A stretch of 64,000 nucleotides of DNA from Gammaproteobacteria bacterium (GTDB taxonomy: Bacteria > Pseudomonadota > Gammaproteobacteria > CAJXQU01). Position numbers and translations under genes: made by a program. The notes under the pieces were generated by a model that was not told the origin of the DNA, did not search any database, and was given only the letters and a program-made list of their open reading frames with translations. The stretch covers positions 2,816,001 to 2,880,000 of the forward strand of contig CBDEGZ010000003.1 of the NCBI GenBank assembly GCA_965238175.1, written 5' to 3'. Of the stretch, positions 1 through 13,312 are shown in pieces; within the stretch, counting starts at the first letter, position 1; every line of letters begins with the position of its first letter.

Positions 1-65
1 AAATGTACCGACAGTGGCAAAATAGAACAGGTAAAAACCTGACAGACGCCAGTATGGAACTTGAG

Positions 66-1169
66 TCATTCTCCAGGTTGTGCGGGAATAATCGGTGTTT
101 CAGATTGAACATCTGCATTTTGAGCACGATTCCGCATCAAATGATCCATCACTACTAGCGCCATCATTGCTTCAGCAATAGGTGTTGCCCGAATACCAAC
201 ACAAGGATCATGACGACCTTTAGTAACCACCTCGATGGTCTCACCTTGCTTGTTCACCGACTGTCCGGGCAAATGCAAACTAGAGGTTGGTTTTAGTGCC
301 ATGCTGACAAGAATATCCTGGCCAGAAGAAATTCCACCCAGCACACCACCGGCATTATTACTGAGAAATCCTTCAGATGAGATCTCATCACGATGCTCAG
401 TACCTTTTTGCTCAACGCTATCAAAACCAGCGCCGACTTCGACGCCTTTAACCGCATTAATGCTCATCATCGCTTTGGCTAAATCAGCATCCAATCGATC
501 AAAAACAGGCTCGCCCAAACCAGGCGGCACACCCTTCGCCACCACATTAATTCGCGCACCGACAGATTCGCCTTCTTTACGTAACGCCTTCATGTAGGCA
601 TCAAGCTCATCAACCTTACCCGGATCAGGGCTGAAAAAAACATTCTCATAAACCGCATCCCAATCTTTTAACTCAACTTTGATCGGCCCTAACTGAGCAA
701 GATAACCTTTAATTTTTATGCCGTATTTTTCGGACAAATATTTTTTTGCAATACCACCTGCCGCAACCCGCATTGCAGTTTCTCGAGCAGACGAACGACC
801 ACCGCCACGATAATCACGGATCCCATATTTTTGTTGATAGGTGTAATCCGCATGCGCCGGACGAAAGGTATCTTTTATATTAGTATAATCTTTGGATTTT
901 TGATCAACATTGTCGATAATCAAACCAATTGGCGTACCGGTGGTTTTGCCTTCAAAAACACCCGATAAAATCCGCACCTGATCGGGCTCTTTACGCTGGG
1001 TTGTATGGCGCGATGTTCCCGGCTTGCGCAAATCAAGATCACGCTGCAAATCCGCTTCACAAAGCTCCAATCCCGGAGGACAGCCATCAACAATCGCCCC
1101 CAACGCCAAACCGTGACTTTCACCGAAAGTTGTAACGGTGAATAATTTTCCGAAGCTATTTCCTGACAT
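66..1169 (-). CDS. aroC: chorismate synthase
   Basis: N-terminal TFGESHG; [15 protein letters not shown] and GRHDPCV signature motifs; 367 aa. Confidence 0.98.
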   Translation of the reverse strand: MSGNSFGKLFTVTTFGESHGLALGAIVDGCPPGLELCEADLQRDLDLRKPGTSRHTTQRKEPDQVRILSGVFEGKTTGTPIGLIIDNVDQKSKDYTNIKDTFRPAHADYTYQQKYGIRDYRGGGRSSARETAMRVAAGGIAKKYLSEKYGIKIKGYLAQLGPIKVELKDWDAVYENVFFSPDPGKVDELDAYMKALRKEGESVGARINVVAKGVPPGLGEPVFDRLDADLAKAMMSINAVKGVEVGAGFDSVEQKGTEHRDEISSEGFLSNNAGGVLGGISSGQDILVSMALKPTSSLHLPGQSVNKQGETIEVVTKGRHDPCVGIRATPIAEAMMALVVMDHLMRNRAQNADVQSETPIIPAQPGE

Positions 1170-1337
1170 AGTACAATTCTAATATTTTTCTCAAACGCTT
1201 ATTCTATCCTATATCGTCATGAAGATTCTTACTCACTTTATCTCAACGAGATACGTTTCTTTATTTCAGTGCATTGACTTGTTTAGCCAAATTGGCTGAT
1301 ATTAGAAAACAAATTAGATACATTCAGACAGGAAAAT

Positions 1338-1964
1338 ATGGAAGAAAATACATCTGGAAAAGGTGAGGAATCAATTGTCCCCCAAGAAATAATGAAATGG
1401 AATTGGGGTGCATTTATATTTAGCTGGCTATGGGGTATCCGACACAGTACATATCGTGCACTTTGGATTTTCTTCCCTCCCGTTGGTTTCTTTATGCTTT
1501 TTGCCCTTGGCTTTAAAGGTAGCGAGTGGGCTTGGAAGCACACAAAGTGGCAAAGTATTAAACACTTCCAACAAGTTCAAAGAAAGTGGGCCAAAGCTGG
1601 TGCTATTTTTACTCTTTGTTTAATTCCTCTAATCTTTGCATTTTTTCTAGTTATTAATATCTACATAAAAGATTCGGAACCATATAGATTATCTTTTGGG
1701 ATAGCTTCAACTGATCCAGAAGTCATTAGTATTGTTGGTACTCCAATTGGATCTGGCTTTGTCACTGGTAACATGCAAACATCTGGGCCAGATGGTGAGG
1801 CTAATTTAAGTTATGACATTAAAGGCCCAAATGGTTCTGCAACCGTCTTCGTTAACTCAGTAATGAAAATGGGAAAATGGTCAATTAACTGTTTAGAGGT
1901 TGAAATGCCCAACAACTCTCGCAAAGTTATAGTTGAGTGCGAAAAAAGTATTCAATATTTATAA
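1338..1964 (+). CDS. membrane protein with KWNWGAF N-terminal motif and a Coa1-like C-terminal domain
   Basis: Two or three hydrophobic segments, then VGTPI..G..G.ANL...I.GP.G.A.V pattern typical of bacterial Coa1-like domains. Confidence 0.55.
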   Translation: MEENTSGKGEESIVPQEIMKWNWGAFIFSWLWGIRHSTYRALWIFFPPVGFFMLFALGFKGSEWAWKHTKWQSIKHFQQVQRKWAKAGAIFTLCLIPLIFAFFLVINIYIKDSEPYRLSFGIASTDPEVISIVGTPIGSGFVTGNMQTSGPDGEANLSYDIKGPNGSATVFVNSVMKMGKWSINCLEVEMPNNSRKVIVECEKSIQYL

Positions 1965-2158
1965 ATCGCCGCATAAATCAAAAACACCCCTTCCCAAACT
2001 TGCTCTAATTCCAGCCAGGTAATCGAAAAAAGGATAGGATCATCATAGAACGCATATCAAGCGAGCTTGTTTTTCTTCTGTTTAAAGCACTAGTAAAAAC
2101 CGACAAACCATAGATATATTAATTGCGTTCCAATTAAGTCAGCGGTATAAATATCACC

Positions 2159-2527
2159 ATGGCTAATATAAATAACTCCAAAATGGAAAAGGTGGTCGCC
2201 GAAGCACGTCGTGCCAGCGAAAAGCGTGAGCACGGTTACCGCGAGAAGTCATTGAAGATGTATCCGCACATTTGCGGACGCTGTGCTCGTGAATTTACGC
2301 GCGAGAATCTGCATGAGTTGACGGTGCATCACCGTGATCACAATCACGACAATAATCCTGATGACGGTAGTAACTGGGAGTTATTGTGTCTGTATTGTCA
2401 CGATAATGAACACCAACGGCATGAAGAGGCGGCGCGCGGGAATACTTCTACTCGTAGTGCTAAGGTAACCTCTGCCACGCATAATCCCTTTGCCGATCTG
2501 AAATCTATATTGGACAGTAAGAAGTAA
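2159..2527 (+). CDS. yajD: YajD-family HNH nuclease
   Basis: GYREKSLKMYPHICGRC...LTVHHRDHNHDNNP.DGSNWELLCLYCHDNEH; C-terminal ATHNPFADLK. Confidence 0.9.
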   Translation: MANINNSKMEKVVAEARRASEKREHGYREKSLKMYPHICGRCAREFTRENLHELTVHHRDHNHDNNPDDGSNWELLCLYCHDNEHQRHEEAARGNTSTRSAKVTSATHNPFADLKSILDSKK

Positions 2528-2881
2528 TGTGCTGTGTTGGGTAATGGTAGTGAATATTCTCCGAAGTCATTAGAAACTACCGAGGTAGGCGGCTTCGAAT
2601 TGAGATCCTTCGCAAAAACAGGATAACAAAGTAAAAAGGGCATTTTAACAACCTCAAAGTTAATAGGGTCCTATAACCCTCCTGACCTTGTGAAAGCTCA
2701 TTTCAAATTCTCAACTCCAAAATTCGGTCTTACACAACCTGGCCTAGTTCCGACAGGTCATGCGATATAATCCCGACAGATAGAAATTGATCCAAACCAG
2801 CCATAAAACCATAACTATCGCCTCAGGCGACATAATTTGCCCAAAAATCCATATTCCCAGATCTTGTTTATGGATAATGTG

Positions 2882-2983
2882 TCACCAGGTAATGTCTCAG
2901 CAATACCTGTTCCTGTTGCAATGTGGTTGTTTGATCCTGCATTGATGGGACTTGTGGGCTTCAAACACAAAAAAACGGCCTGA
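2882..2983 (+). pseudogene. orphan VPLPA/PEP-CTERM-type sorting-signal remnant
   Basis: Translates SPGNVSAIPVPVAMWLFDPALMGLVGFKHKKTA*; no intact ORF upstream. Confidence 0.65.
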
Positions 2984-3039
2984 TATTAAAACTGCTAAAT
3001 CCTGATCAATAAGGGGATAAATACTTTTACTGACCATAC

Positions 3040-3490
3040 TCTATGAAATACTGCGGTCGGTGCTGGTAATTTTGTCACCAAAGAATTTAATGTCGCAAGA
3101 AACACACGATTATCCCATGGTTCAACTGATGTTGGCGCTTTTAATGTCCGGTATACCACTCGTAGTAGCGTGAATGAGAACTTGAATACTATAATTAATT
3201 CCACGAGTTCTCGATCTGCTGGTCTAATCAATATTGATCACCTGCGGTTGAGATGGGAGAGTCAAGACTCTGATAGTATGACCTCCTTGATAGAAATTAT
3301 CTTTGAAGCCCTGTTAATACCTTTGCCGCAAATTTTGTCGGAGTGAGAGGGCCCAGTGGTTTAGTCTTGAATCTGGATGGTACATCGGTAAATCCTTTTA
3401 ATATTACAGGGACACGGGGCTTCTCGGTTGGGCCTTTGATAATGCCGTATCCTCGATCAGTTTTTCAGCCACCGGATCGGATATATACTG
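3040..3490 (+). pseudogene. frameshifted remnant of a secreted PEP-CTERM-like protein body
   Basis: Fragments NTAVGAGNFVTKEFN..., PVNTFAANFVG..., GWAFDNAVSSISFSATGSDI lie in shifting + frames. Confidence 0.4.
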
Positions 3491-3502
3491 TTCATAAAGA
3501 AT

Positions 3503-3529
3503 AAAGGGGGTATAAGCTACCCTCTTTTT
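3503..3529 (-). terminator. intrinsic, probably bidirectional, terminator after nuoN
   Basis: AAAGGGGGTA-taagc-TACCCTCTTT hairpin with A/T tracts on both sides, just past the nuoN stop. Confidence 0.65.
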
Positions 3530-3540
3530 ATTTGGAGCTA

Positions 3541-4977
3541 TCAGTTAAAAACAGCTAAACAAACCGTCAATAAAATCCCCGGCATCAAACCTAGCATCAA
3601 CACAACTAATCCGTTTAGACCTAAAAATAATTTATGATCTGTCGGAGCGATAATTTCAATCTCTTCGGCAGAATCAAAGTACATCAACCTTACAATTCGC
3701 AAATAGAAAAACACACCTATAATCGCAAAAAAGACTGCCGCTACAGCTAACCAGAGATGCCCTACTGCAACAATTTCTTTTAACACAAACCATTTGCTCC
3801 AGAACCCGCCAAATGGCGGAACTCCAGCCATAGAAAACATTAATATCAGCATAATCAAAGCCAACCAAGGACAGCGTTTACCAAGCCCTTTTATATCCTG
3901 TAGTTGATCAGCTTCTTGCCCTGACTGGCTGATTAGGGTAATTACACCAAACGCACCAGCAGTCATAATTGTGTAAACGAGCGTATAAAATAGTGAAGCT
4001 GCAAAACCACTTTGCGTTCCTGCGAGTAGGCCCAGCATCATATAACCCATATGCGCGATCGCGGAATAGGCCAGCATGCGTTTTATGTTTGTTTGTGCAA
4101 CCGCAACGACATTGCCAAGACCAATCGACAGTATCGATAGAATGATCAACATTTGTTGCCAGTCCGCACCAAGCCCCATCAAGGCATCTACCAGCAAACG
4201 ATAAGCTAATATAAACCCAGCCAGTTTAGGAACTGTACCGATAAACATTGTCACTGCGGTTGGTGCGCCTTGATAAACATCGGGTGCCCACATATGAAAC
4301 GGTGCAACCCCAAGCTTGAAGGCAATGCCTGCAACAATAAAAACAAGACCAAAAATTAATAATATTTTGTCATCTTGATAGTTTGCAATCGCATTATTGA
4401 TCACAGAATGATCGAGGCTTCCCGTGGCTCCGTAAATCATCGACATACCGTACAACAACATGCCAGATGCAATTGCACCGAGGACGAAGAATTTCATCGC
4501 CGCCTCTGAGGCTTGTTTGGAATCACGATACATCGCAACCATTGCGTACATCGACAAAGACAATAATTCCAATCCAAGATACATAGGCAGAAAGTTGGCT
4601 GCCGAAGCCATGATCATCATGCCTAATACAGCGAATAATATCAGGACAAAATATTCACCCTTAAACAGATTTCTATCGACGAGATATTGTCGAGAGTAGA
4701 TCAAAACCACAAAACTGATCATATAAATAAATATTTTCAAAATCGTGCTCAACGGATCACTAATAAATAGTCCATTAAAAGCAATTTGTGCTGTCTCAGA
4801 TGAAAACTGTACGCTTAAAAATACGGCAATGGCAAGTGTAAGCAGCGATAAAGAATAAGCTAACTTTTGATGTGTTTTACCAAAGAAAACATCAGCCATC
4901 AGAACAGTGCATGCCATACTGAGCACGAATATTTCAGGAATGGCCAAGCTATAATTCAGCGCGTTAAGGGCGTTCAA
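3541..4977 (-). CDS. nuoN: NADH-quinone oxidoreductase subunit N
   Basis: GLELLSL, EAAMKFF, FKLGVAPFHMWAPDVYQGAP, NIKRMLAYS; last gene of the operon. Confidence 0.97.
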   Translation of the reverse strand: MNALNALNYSLAIPEIFVLSMACTVLMADVFFGKTHQKLAYSLSLLTLAIAVFLSVQFSSETAQIAFNGLFISDPLSTILKIFIYMISFVVLIYSRQYLVDRNLFKGEYFVLILFAVLGMMIMASAANFLPMYLGLELLSLSMYAMVAMYRDSKQASEAAMKFFVLGAIASGMLLYGMSMIYGATGSLDHSVINNAIANYQDDKILLIFGLVFIVAGIAFKLGVAPFHMWAPDVYQGAPTAVTMFIGTVPKLAGFILAYRLLVDALMGLGADWQQMLIILSILSIGLGNVVAVAQTNIKRMLAYSAIAHMGYMMLGLLAGTQSGFAASLFYTLVYTIMTAGAFGVITLISQSGQEADQLQDIKGLGKRCPWLALIMLILMFSMAGVPPFGGFWSKWFVLKEIVAVGHLWLAVAAVFFAIIGVFFYLRIVRLMYFDSAEEIEIIAPTDHKLFLGLNGLVVLMLGLMPGILLTVCLAVFN

Positions 4978-6503
4978 TTTATTTTACTCTGCGTAATTTG
5001 ATGGACTAGATTTTCGATACTCGCATGCATCAAATCGAATAATGGTGCTGGCCACAAACCAAACAGTAAAACCATAAACGCCAGACTGGAAAGGATCAAC
5101 TTTTCTCGGCCATTTATATCAACCAACTTCGAAACTTGATCATTGGTCACTTCACCAAAAATCACACGCTTATACATCCACAAGGTATAAGCGGCGCCTA
5201 GAATAAGTGTCATCGCAGCAAAAAATGCGATCCAGAAACTTGCTTTGAATGCTGTCAGTACGATCAAAAACTCCCCAACGAAACCAGAGGTTCCCGGAAG
5301 CCCTGCATTCGCCATTGCAAACAACATCATAAAAGCAGCAAACACCGGCATTGTATTTACGACACCACCATAATCATCAATCTCGCGGCTATGCATTCGA
5401 TCATATAAAACGCCGACGCAGAGGAACATCGCGCCTGAAATAAATCCGTGTGAGATCATTTGAACCATGCTGCCTTCCATGGCCATCGCCGCGCTTTCCG
5501 TCGAACCAGTTCTGTCAATAATCTGGTAGATCATAAACATTCCTAATGTCACAAAACCCATGTGTGAAATGGACGAATAAGCAATTAGCTTTTTCATATC
5601 ACTTTGAACCAAGGCCACAAAACCAATGTAGACGATCGCGATTAAAGACAGGATGATCATAATCCCAGCAAATTCCTGGCTTGCATCTGGCGTGATCGGC
5701 ATGGAGAAACGCAAGAATCCATAACCACCCATTTTCAACATGATGGCGGCCAAAATCACTGAACCACCGGTAGGTGCTTCAACATGTGCATCCGGTAACC
5801 AGGTATGCACCGGCCACATAGGAATTTTTACGGCAAAAGCTAAAAAGAACGCGACGAAGATCCACTTTTGTGCAGCCATCGACAAAGGTAGTTGATGTAA
5901 GGTTTGAATATCAAAACTACCACCCGCTTTACTGTATAGATACAAAAAAGCCACTAACATGAATACTGAGCCAAGGAAGGTATAGAGAAAAAATTTGATC
6001 GTGGCATAGATCCGATTCGGTCCGCCCCAAATTCCAATAATCATAAACATTGGGATCAACATTGCTTCCCAGAAAACATAAAACAGGATCGCATCCTGGG
6101 CGCTGAACACTGCGACCATCAACCCATTCAGGATCAGAAATGCACCTAAATATTGTGATTGCCGATCAGTAATCGATTCCCAGGCAGCCAAGACAACAAG
6201 GATCGTCGTAAAGGTCGTCAGTAAAATTAGCGGCACAGCAATACCATCTACGCCGAGATGATAATGAATATTAAAAATGGGGATCCAGGACAGCTTTTCA
6301 ACAAATTGCATTACGTGCGTGCTGTTATCAAAACCGCTATAAAGTGGGATCGACAGTGAAAAGGTCAGAACCGAAACCAATAGCGCAATTGATTTTGTAG
6401 TATTAACCGAAATATTAGATTTTGTGATCGTTAAGACCAGTCCTGCAACAATCGGCAACCAAATAATGAGACTGAGTAATGGGAAATCAGAAATCATGTA
6501 CAA
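4974..6503 (-). CDS. nuoM: NADH-quinone oxidoreductase subunit M
   Basis: FWEAMLIPM, VKIPMWPVHTWLPDAHVEAPT; start may be 6497. Confidence 0.97.
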   Translation of the reverse strand: MYMISDFPLLSLIIWLPIVAGLVLTITKSNISVNTTKSIALLVSVLTFSLSIPLYSGFDNSTHVMQFVEKLSWIPIFNIHYHLGVDGIAVPLILLTTFTTILVVLAAWESITDRQSQYLGAFLILNGLMVAVFSAQDAILFYVFWEAMLIPMFMIIGIWGGPNRIYATIKFFLYTFLGSVFMLVAFLYLYSKAGGSFDIQTLHQLPLSMAAQKWIFVAFFLAFAVKIPMWPVHTWLPDAHVEAPTGGSVILAAIMLKMGGYGFLRFSMPITPDASQEFAGIMIILSLIAIVYIGFVALVQSDMKKLIAYSSISHMGFVTLGMFMIYQIIDRTGSTESAAMAMEGSMVQMISHGFISGAMFLCVGVLYDRMHSREIDDYGGVVNTMPVFAAFMMLFAMANAGLPGTSGFVGEFLIVLTAFKASFWIAFFAAMTLILGAAYTLWMYKRVIFGEVTNDQVSKLVDINGREKLILSSLAFMVLLFGLWPAPLFDLMHASIENLVHQITQSKIN

Positions 6504-8445
6504 AAATTCCTAATAACGCTAACAGTCCTAGAATCATTGCAAACGCATAATGATAAAGATAACCAGATTGAATTTTGCGAACAATTTCTGAGAAAAATCC
6601 GATCATTTTCGCAGAACCATTCACGAACATGCCGTCGATCAAAAATCGATCACCGAGACCCGAAAACAAGCTTCCCACACCTCTCGCACCACCAGCAAAA
6701 AACAGCTGGTTAAATTGATCAAACCCATATTTTTTCGTCAACATCCAATGTACTGGTTTAAAGATGGTAGCAACATATCGAGGTAATTGAGGAAAAACGA
6801 TATAACCTAGCCAGGCAGCAAAAACTCCCGACATAGCTAGAATAAATGGTAATTGAGTTATCCCATGCTCGATCATTTCTAACCATCCATGAAAATGTTC
6901 GCCCATTTCTTTTAAGGAGTTATTTTCCGGGAAAACAAAAATACTCTCGCCGAAATAATCTCCAAACAACATCGGGCCAATAAACATCGCACCAACAACG
7001 ACCGACGGAATAGCCAACAAAATCAGTGGAATGGTCACGACGGCCGGAGACTCTTTAAGATTAGTACAGACATTCGCACCCATTCTCTCTTTACCGTGGA
7101 AGACCATAAACACCAGCCGGAAAGAATAAAGTGCGGTGATAAAAACACCCGCAAGTACTGCCCAATAAGCGATGTGAGCACCATAACGATCGGAATGATG
7201 TACCGCTTCTATGATCGCATCTTTAGAGAAAAATCCGGCAAATCCGGGGAAACCGATCAATGCCAGCGAACCAATCAAACTGGTGATCCAGGTTATCGGC
7301 ATATATTTTCTCAGACCACCCATTTTCCGCATATCTTGTTCATGATGCATGCCGATAATCACAGAACCGGCGGCAAGAAATAATAACGCTTTAAAAAACG
7401 CATGCGTTCCCAGATGGAAAATACCCGCAGCATAGGCCGAAACGCCTAAGGCGACTGTCATATAACCAAGCTGAGAAAGCGTTGAATATGCGACGACACG
7501 TTTAATATCCGTTTGAACTAGGCCAAGTAAGCCCATAAAGAAAGCGGTAAACGCACCAATCAAAAGTACGAAGCTCAACGCTGTTTCCGACAATTCAAAT
7601 AAGGGTGACATTCGAGCCACCATAAAAATCCCGGCGGTGACCATTGTTGCAGCATGGATTAATGCTGATATCGGCGTTGGACCTTCCATCGAATCTGGCA
7701 GCCAAACATGCAGAGGTGCTTGTGCTGATTTACCCATCGCTCCGATGAATAATAATATGCAGATCACCGTCATTAACGACCATTGTTTATCTGACCAGAT
7801 ATTGATCGTTTTGTCTGCCATTGCTGGGGCTTGCTTAAATACTTCTGCATAATCCATCGAATTGAAATACATCAGTACAGCTGAAATTCCTAACAAGAAT
7901 CCAAAATCACCAACACGATTAACTAAGAATGCTTTTAGATTCGCAAAGATCGCCGTGTCTTTTTTATACCAGAAACCGATCAAAAGATAAGACACAAGCC
8001 CAACCGCTTCCCAACCAAAAAACAGCTGCATAAAATTGTTCGCCATCACTAACATCAACATGCTAAAAGTGAACAGCGAAATATAACTAAAGAAACGCTG
8101 GTAGCCCGGATCATCATGCATATAACCGATGGTATAAATATGCACCATCAGTGAAACAAACGTCACCACCACCATCATGGTGGCACTCAATTCATCGATC
8201 AAAAAACCAACGTGAAAATCAATCCCACCACTGCTTAACCAGCTATAAATATTAGTATTAATGGCCTGTTCATTGCCCCAAACAATACTCATATAAATGA
8301 TCATCGAAAACACAAAACTAATTCCAACGCCTATAATCGTCAACCAATGCGCGCCGAACCGACCTACCTGTTTTCCAAACAAACCCGTCGTAACAGAAGC
8401 CATCAACGGCGCAAGAACAACGATGACTGCGAGATCAAAAATCAT
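6487..8445 (-). CDS. nuoL: NADH-quinone oxidoreductase subunit L
   Basis: [48 protein letters not shown]. Confidence 0.97.
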   Translation of the reverse strand: MIFDLAVIVVLAPLMASVTTGLFGKQVGRFGAHWLTIIGVGISFVFSMIIYMSIVWGNEQAINTNIYSWLSSGGIDFHVGFLIDELSATMMVVVTFVSLMVHIYTIGYMHDDPGYQRFFSYISLFTFSMLMLVMANNFMQLFFGWEAVGLVSYLLIGFWYKKDTAIFANLKAFLVNRVGDFGFLLGISAVLMYFNSMDYAEVFKQAPAMADKTINIWSDKQWSLMTVICILLFIGAMGKSAQAPLHVWLPDSMEGPTPISALIHAATMVTAGIFMVARMSPLFELSETALSFVLLIGAFTAFFMGLLGLVQTDIKRVVAYSTLSQLGYMTVALGVSAYAAGIFHLGTHAFFKALLFLAAGSVIIGMHHEQDMRKMGGLRKYMPITWITSLIGSLALIGFPGFAGFFSKDAIIEAVHHSDRYGAHIAYWAVLAGVFITALYSFRLVFMVFHGKERMGANVCTNLKESPAVVTIPLILLAIPSVVVGAMFIGPMLFGDYFGESIFVFPENNSLKEMGEHFHGWLEMIEHGITQLPFILAMSGVFAAWLGYIVFPQLPRYVATIFKPVHWMLTKKYGFDQFNQLFFAGGARGVGSLFSGLGDRFLIDGMFVNGSAKMIGFFSEIVRKIQSGYLYHYAFAMILGLLALLGIFVHDF

Positions 8446-8750
8446 CCTTCTAACTCATCCAATTCAGCGACATTAATCGTCTCATGGTTACGGAACAGCA
8501 CAACGAGAATTGCTAATCCAATTGCTGCTTCTGCTGCCGCAACAGTTAGAATAAAAAAAACAAAAACCTGTCCTGCGATATCGCCAGAAAAATAAGAGAA
8601 AGCGATAAAATTCATATTGACCGACAACAACATCAACTCAATACACATAAGAATTATGATCAAATTTTTTCGATTCAGAAAAATCCCCGTCACACTCAGC
8701 GTAAATAAAATCGCGCCGAGAATAAGAAAATGAGAAAGCCCTAACGTCAT
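8442..8750 (-). CDS. nuoK: NADH-quinone oxidoreductase subunit K
   Basis: [20 protein letters not shown]. Confidence 0.97.
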   Translation of the reverse strand: MTLGLSHFLILGAILFTLSVTGIFLNRKNLIIILMCIELMLLSVNMNFIAFSYFSGDIAGQVFVFFILTVAAAEAAIGLAILVVLFRNHETINVAELDELEG

Positions 8751-9388
8751 CAGCTGGCCTCCTCTTTGTTTACTTGTTCGATTTTTACGGGATGCATTTT
8801 CACAATACGCAAGCGATCTTGTTTTTTCACCAAAACCTGTTGCCCAGGATCTGCTGTTTTATTACTACGCGTTTTGCGTAAGCTCAGCATAATCGCAGCA
8901 ATTATCGCCACCAATAAAATCACTGCAGCAATCTCAAACGCATAAACATAATCGGTATACAAAACGCGGCCAAGCTCTTCGGTATTACTATATTCAGCCG
9001 TATGCCGAACCGGCGGAGAAACTTTGTCCGCTGCAAATTTATCTGGCCCAACAACACCAATCATTAAACCCAACATAGAAACTGCAATCACACCACCAAT
9101 CAATAAAAATTTAACGAATCCTTCTTTTAAAACGGCTAAATTAATATCTAACATCATGACAACAAAAAGGAACAACACCATCACCGCACCGACGTAAACA
9201 AGGATCAAAACAATCGCAAGAAATTCGGCTTCTAACAACATCCAGATCCCAGCACTGGCAAAAAATGACCAGACTAAAAATAATGCGGCGTGAACAGGGT
9301 TTCTTACAAAGATCACCATTGCCGCAGCAAAAACCAATATGCTGGCAAAAAGATAAAAAACGACTAGATCATAAGGCAATCCCATCAT
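8750..9388 (-). CDS. nuoJ: NADH-quinone oxidoreductase subunit J
   Basis: [26 protein letters not shown]. Confidence 0.97.
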   Translation of the reverse strand: MMGLPYDLVVFYLFASILVFAAAMVIFVRNPVHAALFLVWSFFASAGIWMLLEAEFLAIVLILVYVGAVMVLFLFVVMMLDINLAVLKEGFVKFLLIGGVIAVSMLGLMIGVVGPDKFAADKVSPPVRHTAEYSNTEELGRVLYTDYVYAFEIAAVILLVAIIAAIMLSLRKTRSNKTADPGQQVLVKKQDRLRIVKMHPVKIEQVNKEEAS

Positions 9389-9870
9389 CGGTATTTCGCC
9401 TCCACTTCCCGATCGGCAGCGATCTCATCTTCTAACAACACGGCGTTGGCTAATAACTTTTCTTTTGTCATTATCAGCTCACTTCGTTCTTCAGCATGGT
9501 ATTCGAAATGTCGTGATTCTACGATGGAATCCACTGGGCAAGACTCTTCACAAAAACCACAGTAAATACACTTACTCAAATCAATTTCGTACTTTGTTGT
9601 ACGTCTGGAACCATCCTCCCGCGCTTCTGACTCAATGCTGATAGCGGTAGCTGGACAAACCGCTTCGCAGAGTTTGCAAGCAATGCAACGCTCTTCGCCA
9701 TTGGGGTAACGACGCAATGCATGTAGTCCTCGGAAACGTGGCGACTGTGGCGTTTTCTCATCAGGGTATTGAACCGTTATTTTTCGGCCAAATAAGTGGC
9801 TTCCCGTTTGTCGAAGACCTTTGAGCAATTCCCACAGAAATAAACTTTTTATGACCTGCCAGATCTTCAT
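9385..9870 (-). CDS. nuoI: NADH-quinone oxidoreductase subunit I
   Basis: Two 4Fe-4S motifs, [12 protein letters not shown] and [12 protein letters not shown]. Confidence 0.97.
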   Translation of the reverse strand: MKIWQVIKSLFLWELLKGLRQTGSHLFGRKITVQYPDEKTPQSPRFRGLHALRRYPNGEERCIACKLCEAVCPATAISIESEAREDGSRRTTKYEIDLSKCIYCGFCEESCPVDSIVESRHFEYHAEERSELIMTKEKLLANAVLLEDEIAADREVEAKYR

Positions 9871-10931
9871 GCGTCAAACCACGGTGGAATTTCAAACACT
9901 ACCATGCCTCCTACAACAACAATCCAGATGATCGTGAGTGGAATAAATATTTTCCAACCCAAGCGCATAATTTGATCATATCGATAACGTGGAAATGTTG
10001 CTCGAAACCACAAAAAGAGGAATAAGAAGAAAGATGTTTTCAGAATCAACCATAAAATTCCAGGAACCCAGAAAGTATACTTTTCGATGCTCTCTATGCC
10101 TTGAAATGGCGACAACCAACCACCGAGAAACATAATCGCAGAAAGTGCCGAGATCAAAATCATATTAGCGTATTCGGCGAGAAAAAATAATGCGAAAGCC
10201 ATACCCGAATATTCCACATGGAACCCGGCAACAATTTCTGATTCACCTTCGGCCACATCGAACGGTGCGCGGTTTGTTTCCGCAACACCTGAAATAAAAT
10301 AGATCACAAATAACGGCAGTAATGGCAACCAGAACCAGTGAACAATACCACCTTGCTGTGCGAGCACAATCTCTCTCAGATTTAAACTTCCGGCCGCGAT
10401 CAAAACCCCAACCAATGCAAAACCCATCGCAATCTCATAAGAGACAATTTGCGCTGAAGCACGCATGCAACTTAGAAAAGCATATTTAGAATTTGATGAC
10501 CAACCGGCGATCAAAACACCATAAACCGCTAAAGAAGTAAGCGCGAGAATATAGAGTAATCCAGCATTAATATCAGCCAACACACGCAGATCATCAAACG
10601 GGATAACTGCCCAAGCAGCAAGTGCTGGAGCCAAGGTAATAATCGGGCCTAGAAAATAAAGTGTCTTACTGGCTTTTGTTGGCAGAATAATTTCTTTGGA
10701 TAATAATTTGATCGCATCTGCAATCGGTTGCAACCATCCCCCTGGTCCAACTCTATTCGGCCCAACGCGCATCTGGATAAAACCAATAATTTTTCTTTCC
10801 GCAAAGGTAAGATATGCAACGCAACCCATGATCGGTAAAACAATCGCAACAATTTTGATCATGATTATCATAAGCATGGGTATTGGTTCTGGTAACCAAC
10901 CAGAAAACCAAACTTCTAACGAAGTCATCAA
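9867..10931 (-). CDS. nuoH: NADH-quinone oxidoreductase subunit H
   Basis: ERK...[33 protein letters not shown]. Confidence 0.97.
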   Translation of the reverse strand: MMTSLEVWFSGWLPEPIPMLMIIMIKIVAIVLPIMGCVAYLTFAERKIIGFIQMRVGPNRVGPGGWLQPIADAIKLLSKEIILPTKASKTLYFLGPIITLAPALAAWAVIPFDDLRVLADINAGLLYILALTSLAVYGVLIAGWSSNSKYAFLSCMRASAQIVSYEIAMGFALVGVLIAAGSLNLREIVLAQQGGIVHWFWLPLLPLFVIYFISGVAETNRAPFDVAEGESEIVAGFHVEYSGMAFALFFLAEYANMILISALSAIMFLGGWLSPFQGIESIEKYTFWVPGILWLILKTSFFLFLFLWFRATFPRYRYDQIMRLGWKIFIPLTIIWIVVVGGMVVFEIPPWFDA

Positions 10932-13312
10932 CTAATTTTCTCCAGGGCAAACTCACCCGGCTTTAAACCAAAATCAGGTTCGGGTTTATGACCTCGTTGC
11001 CAGAGTGCACAACTTGAAGGTACGCGATTATTGATCAAACATTTTAATTCAACGGCATGCTTTCCCTGTCGGACTCGCACATGCTCACCATTATCAATTT
11101 TCAATTGATCTGCCAGAGAAGAATTGATTTGCAGAACACTCTCTTCAACATCTTGCATTTGTTGTAAGGCTTTTGCTCGACGAACCAATGCATCGGTAAA
11201 ATAGATCGGCGTCTCAAACACCAATTCAATACCTTGTCCTGTTTTTTGAATTTCTCTAGGTGAGATCGTCTGCATTTTATTGTCTGGTACGACCTCTTTG
11301 GTCAAGCTTTTAACCTCATCCAAAACCTCGACGGAAGAGTCGTAATCAAATCCTTCCAGATTAAACTTATTTGCTAATACTCGGAGAATTTTCCAGGCGG
11401 GTCGTGCTTCATTTTTGGGTTTAACCGCACCAGAAAAAGATTGCATTCGGCCTTCCAAATTCACAAACGTACCAGATGTTTCTGCAAATAATCCAATCGG
11501 TAACATCACATCGGCATAATCCATCATAATCTCTGATCGAAAACCAAAAAGAGAAACTACAAATTCAGCAGATTTTAGTGACTCAACTGCAGCAACTGAA
11601 GTTAACGAATCCAGCTCCGGTTCAGTGCCAAGCAAAACATAGCCTTTCATACCCTGTTCAAACATGGCTCGCGCATCTAAACCTACCGTACTTACCTCTC
11701 GACCACCCACTTGACGATGAGGAACAACACCCGCCAGCCAGGCACCGCATGTATTCGCCGCTTCGGGAAAATAGCCTAATTTCGAGTCACTTAGTTTTGC
11801 GATTAAATTGGATAAAGTACGTAGCCGATTAGCATTAGGTACTAACGCGGCAATGTGCCCAAGAAACACAGCCGATTGATCATCATTCTGTAAACTTTCT
11901 GCAATAATTTTTTGTTCTCTGGTTGGTTCAATATCTTTCAAAAAATTAGCGATATCAGAATGACTATTTAAATTCGAATCTGTTTTATCCATCAATGCTT
12001 TTGCTATACCGGATAAAACACTTTCTATTTCAGAAGGTGGCAAGATAACACTACCTGTTGGCTGCCAGTTAAAATCAAAATCCACCGGATTAATGACAAA
12101 GATTTCCGCACCTTTTTCTGAAGCCTTACGTAAGCGATAATTCACCAATGGTAGTTCTTGACGAACATCGCTGCCAATTAATAATACCGAATTAAGATCT
12201 TCCAGATCAGAAATATTTTGTCCTAGCCAGGGGAAAACCGGTAGATCATTTTGATCACTAAAATCGGTTTGCATTAGTCGATGATCAATATTTCCGCAGC
12301 CTATTCCACGGATCAACTTTTGAAATAAAAATAATTCTTCCAAGGTGCTGGTTGGAGACGCAAGTGCTCCAATTTTTGTCGGGAAAATTTTCTTTAATCC
12401 TGCTACAGTAAAATCAAGCGCATTATCCCAATCTGATTCTTGCCATTTACGATCTACTTTGATCATCGGTTTTTGCAAGCGTTCTGCGCTGTTCAACCCT
12501 TCATAACTAAAGCGATCTCGATCAGAAATCCAGACTTCATTAATCGCTTCGTTCTCTTTCGGTACCACTCTTTTTACGACATTACCTTTGACATGCAAAT
12601 GAATGTTTGAACCCACTGCGTCATGTGGTGCGATACTGTCATATTGTCTAAGCTCCCAAGCGCGCGCAGAGTAGCGATACGGTTTAGAAGTTAGTGCACC
12701 GACCGGACAAAGATCGATAATATTTCCTGATAATTCTGATATAACCGCTTTTTCAATATAGGTACCGATCTGCATATTTTCACCACGCCCTGTGGCACCC
12801 ATTTCGCGCATTCCAGCTATTTCTTCACCAAAACGCACACAACGAGTACAGTGGATACAACGTGTGAGATCAGTTTGAATCAAAGGCCCAATATTTTTAT
12901 CTTGTACGACACGCTTTTGCTCAGAATAACGCGAAACATCACTGCCATAACCAACGGCCAGATCTTGCAGCTCACATTCACCACCTTGATCACAAATCGG
13001 ACAATCGAGCGGATGATTGATCAATAAGAATTCCATCGTCGACTTTTGTGCTTCTTTCGCCAACTTCGACTTGGTAAACACTTTCATACCGTCCATCACC
13101 GGTGTCGCGCAGGCAGGTAGAGGCTTAGGTGCTTTTTCAACTTCTACTAGACACATTCTGCAATTGGCCGCGACGGTTAATTTTTTGTGGTAGCAAAATC
13201 TCGGAACATCAGCATTGGCGGCATCTGTCACCTCAATCAACATTGATCCTTTTCGCGCCTGTAGTGGCTTTCCATCGACCTCAATGTTGACGAATTGATC
13301 CGAATCCGACAT
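10928..13312 (-). CDS. nuoG: NADH-quinone oxidoreductase subunit G
   Basis: FCYHKKL...[28 protein letters not shown]. Confidence 0.97.
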   Translation of the reverse strand: MSDSDQFVNIEVDGKPLQARKGSMLIEVTDAANADVPRFCYHKKLTVAANCRMCLVEVEKAPKPLPACATPVMDGMKVFTKSKLAKEAQKSTMEFLLINHPLDCPICDQGGECELQDLAVGYGSDVSRYSEQKRVVQDKNIGPLIQTDLTRCIHCTRCVRFGEEIAGMREMGATGRGENMQIGTYIEKAVISELSGNIIDLCPVGALTSKPYRYSARAWELRQYDSIAPHDAVGSNIHLHVKGNVVKRVVPKENEAINEVWISDRDRFSYEGLNSAERLQKPMIKVDRKWQESDWDNALDFTVAGLKKIFPTKIGALASPTSTLEELFLFQKLIRGIGCGNIDHRLMQTDFSDQNDLPVFPWLGQNISDLEDLNSVLLIGSDVRQELPLVNYRLRKASEKGAEIFVINPVDFDFNWQPTGSVILPPSEIESVLSGIAKALMDKTDSNLNSHSDIANFLKDIEPTREQKIIAESLQNDDQSAVFLGHIAALVPNANRLRTLSNLIAKLSDSKLGYFPEAANTCGAWLAGVVPHRQVGGREVSTVGLDARAMFEQGMKGYVLLGTEPELDSLTSVAAVESLKSAEFVVSLFGFRSEIMMDYADVMLPIGLFAETSGTFVNLEGRMQSFSGAVKPKNEARPAWKILRVLANKFNLEGFDYDSSVEVLDEVKSLTKEVVPDNKMQTISPREIQKTGQGIELVFETPIYFTDALVRRAKALQQMQDVEESVLQINSSLADQLKIDNGEHVRVRQGKHAVELKCLINNRVPSSCALWQRGHKPEPDFGLKPGEFALEKIS

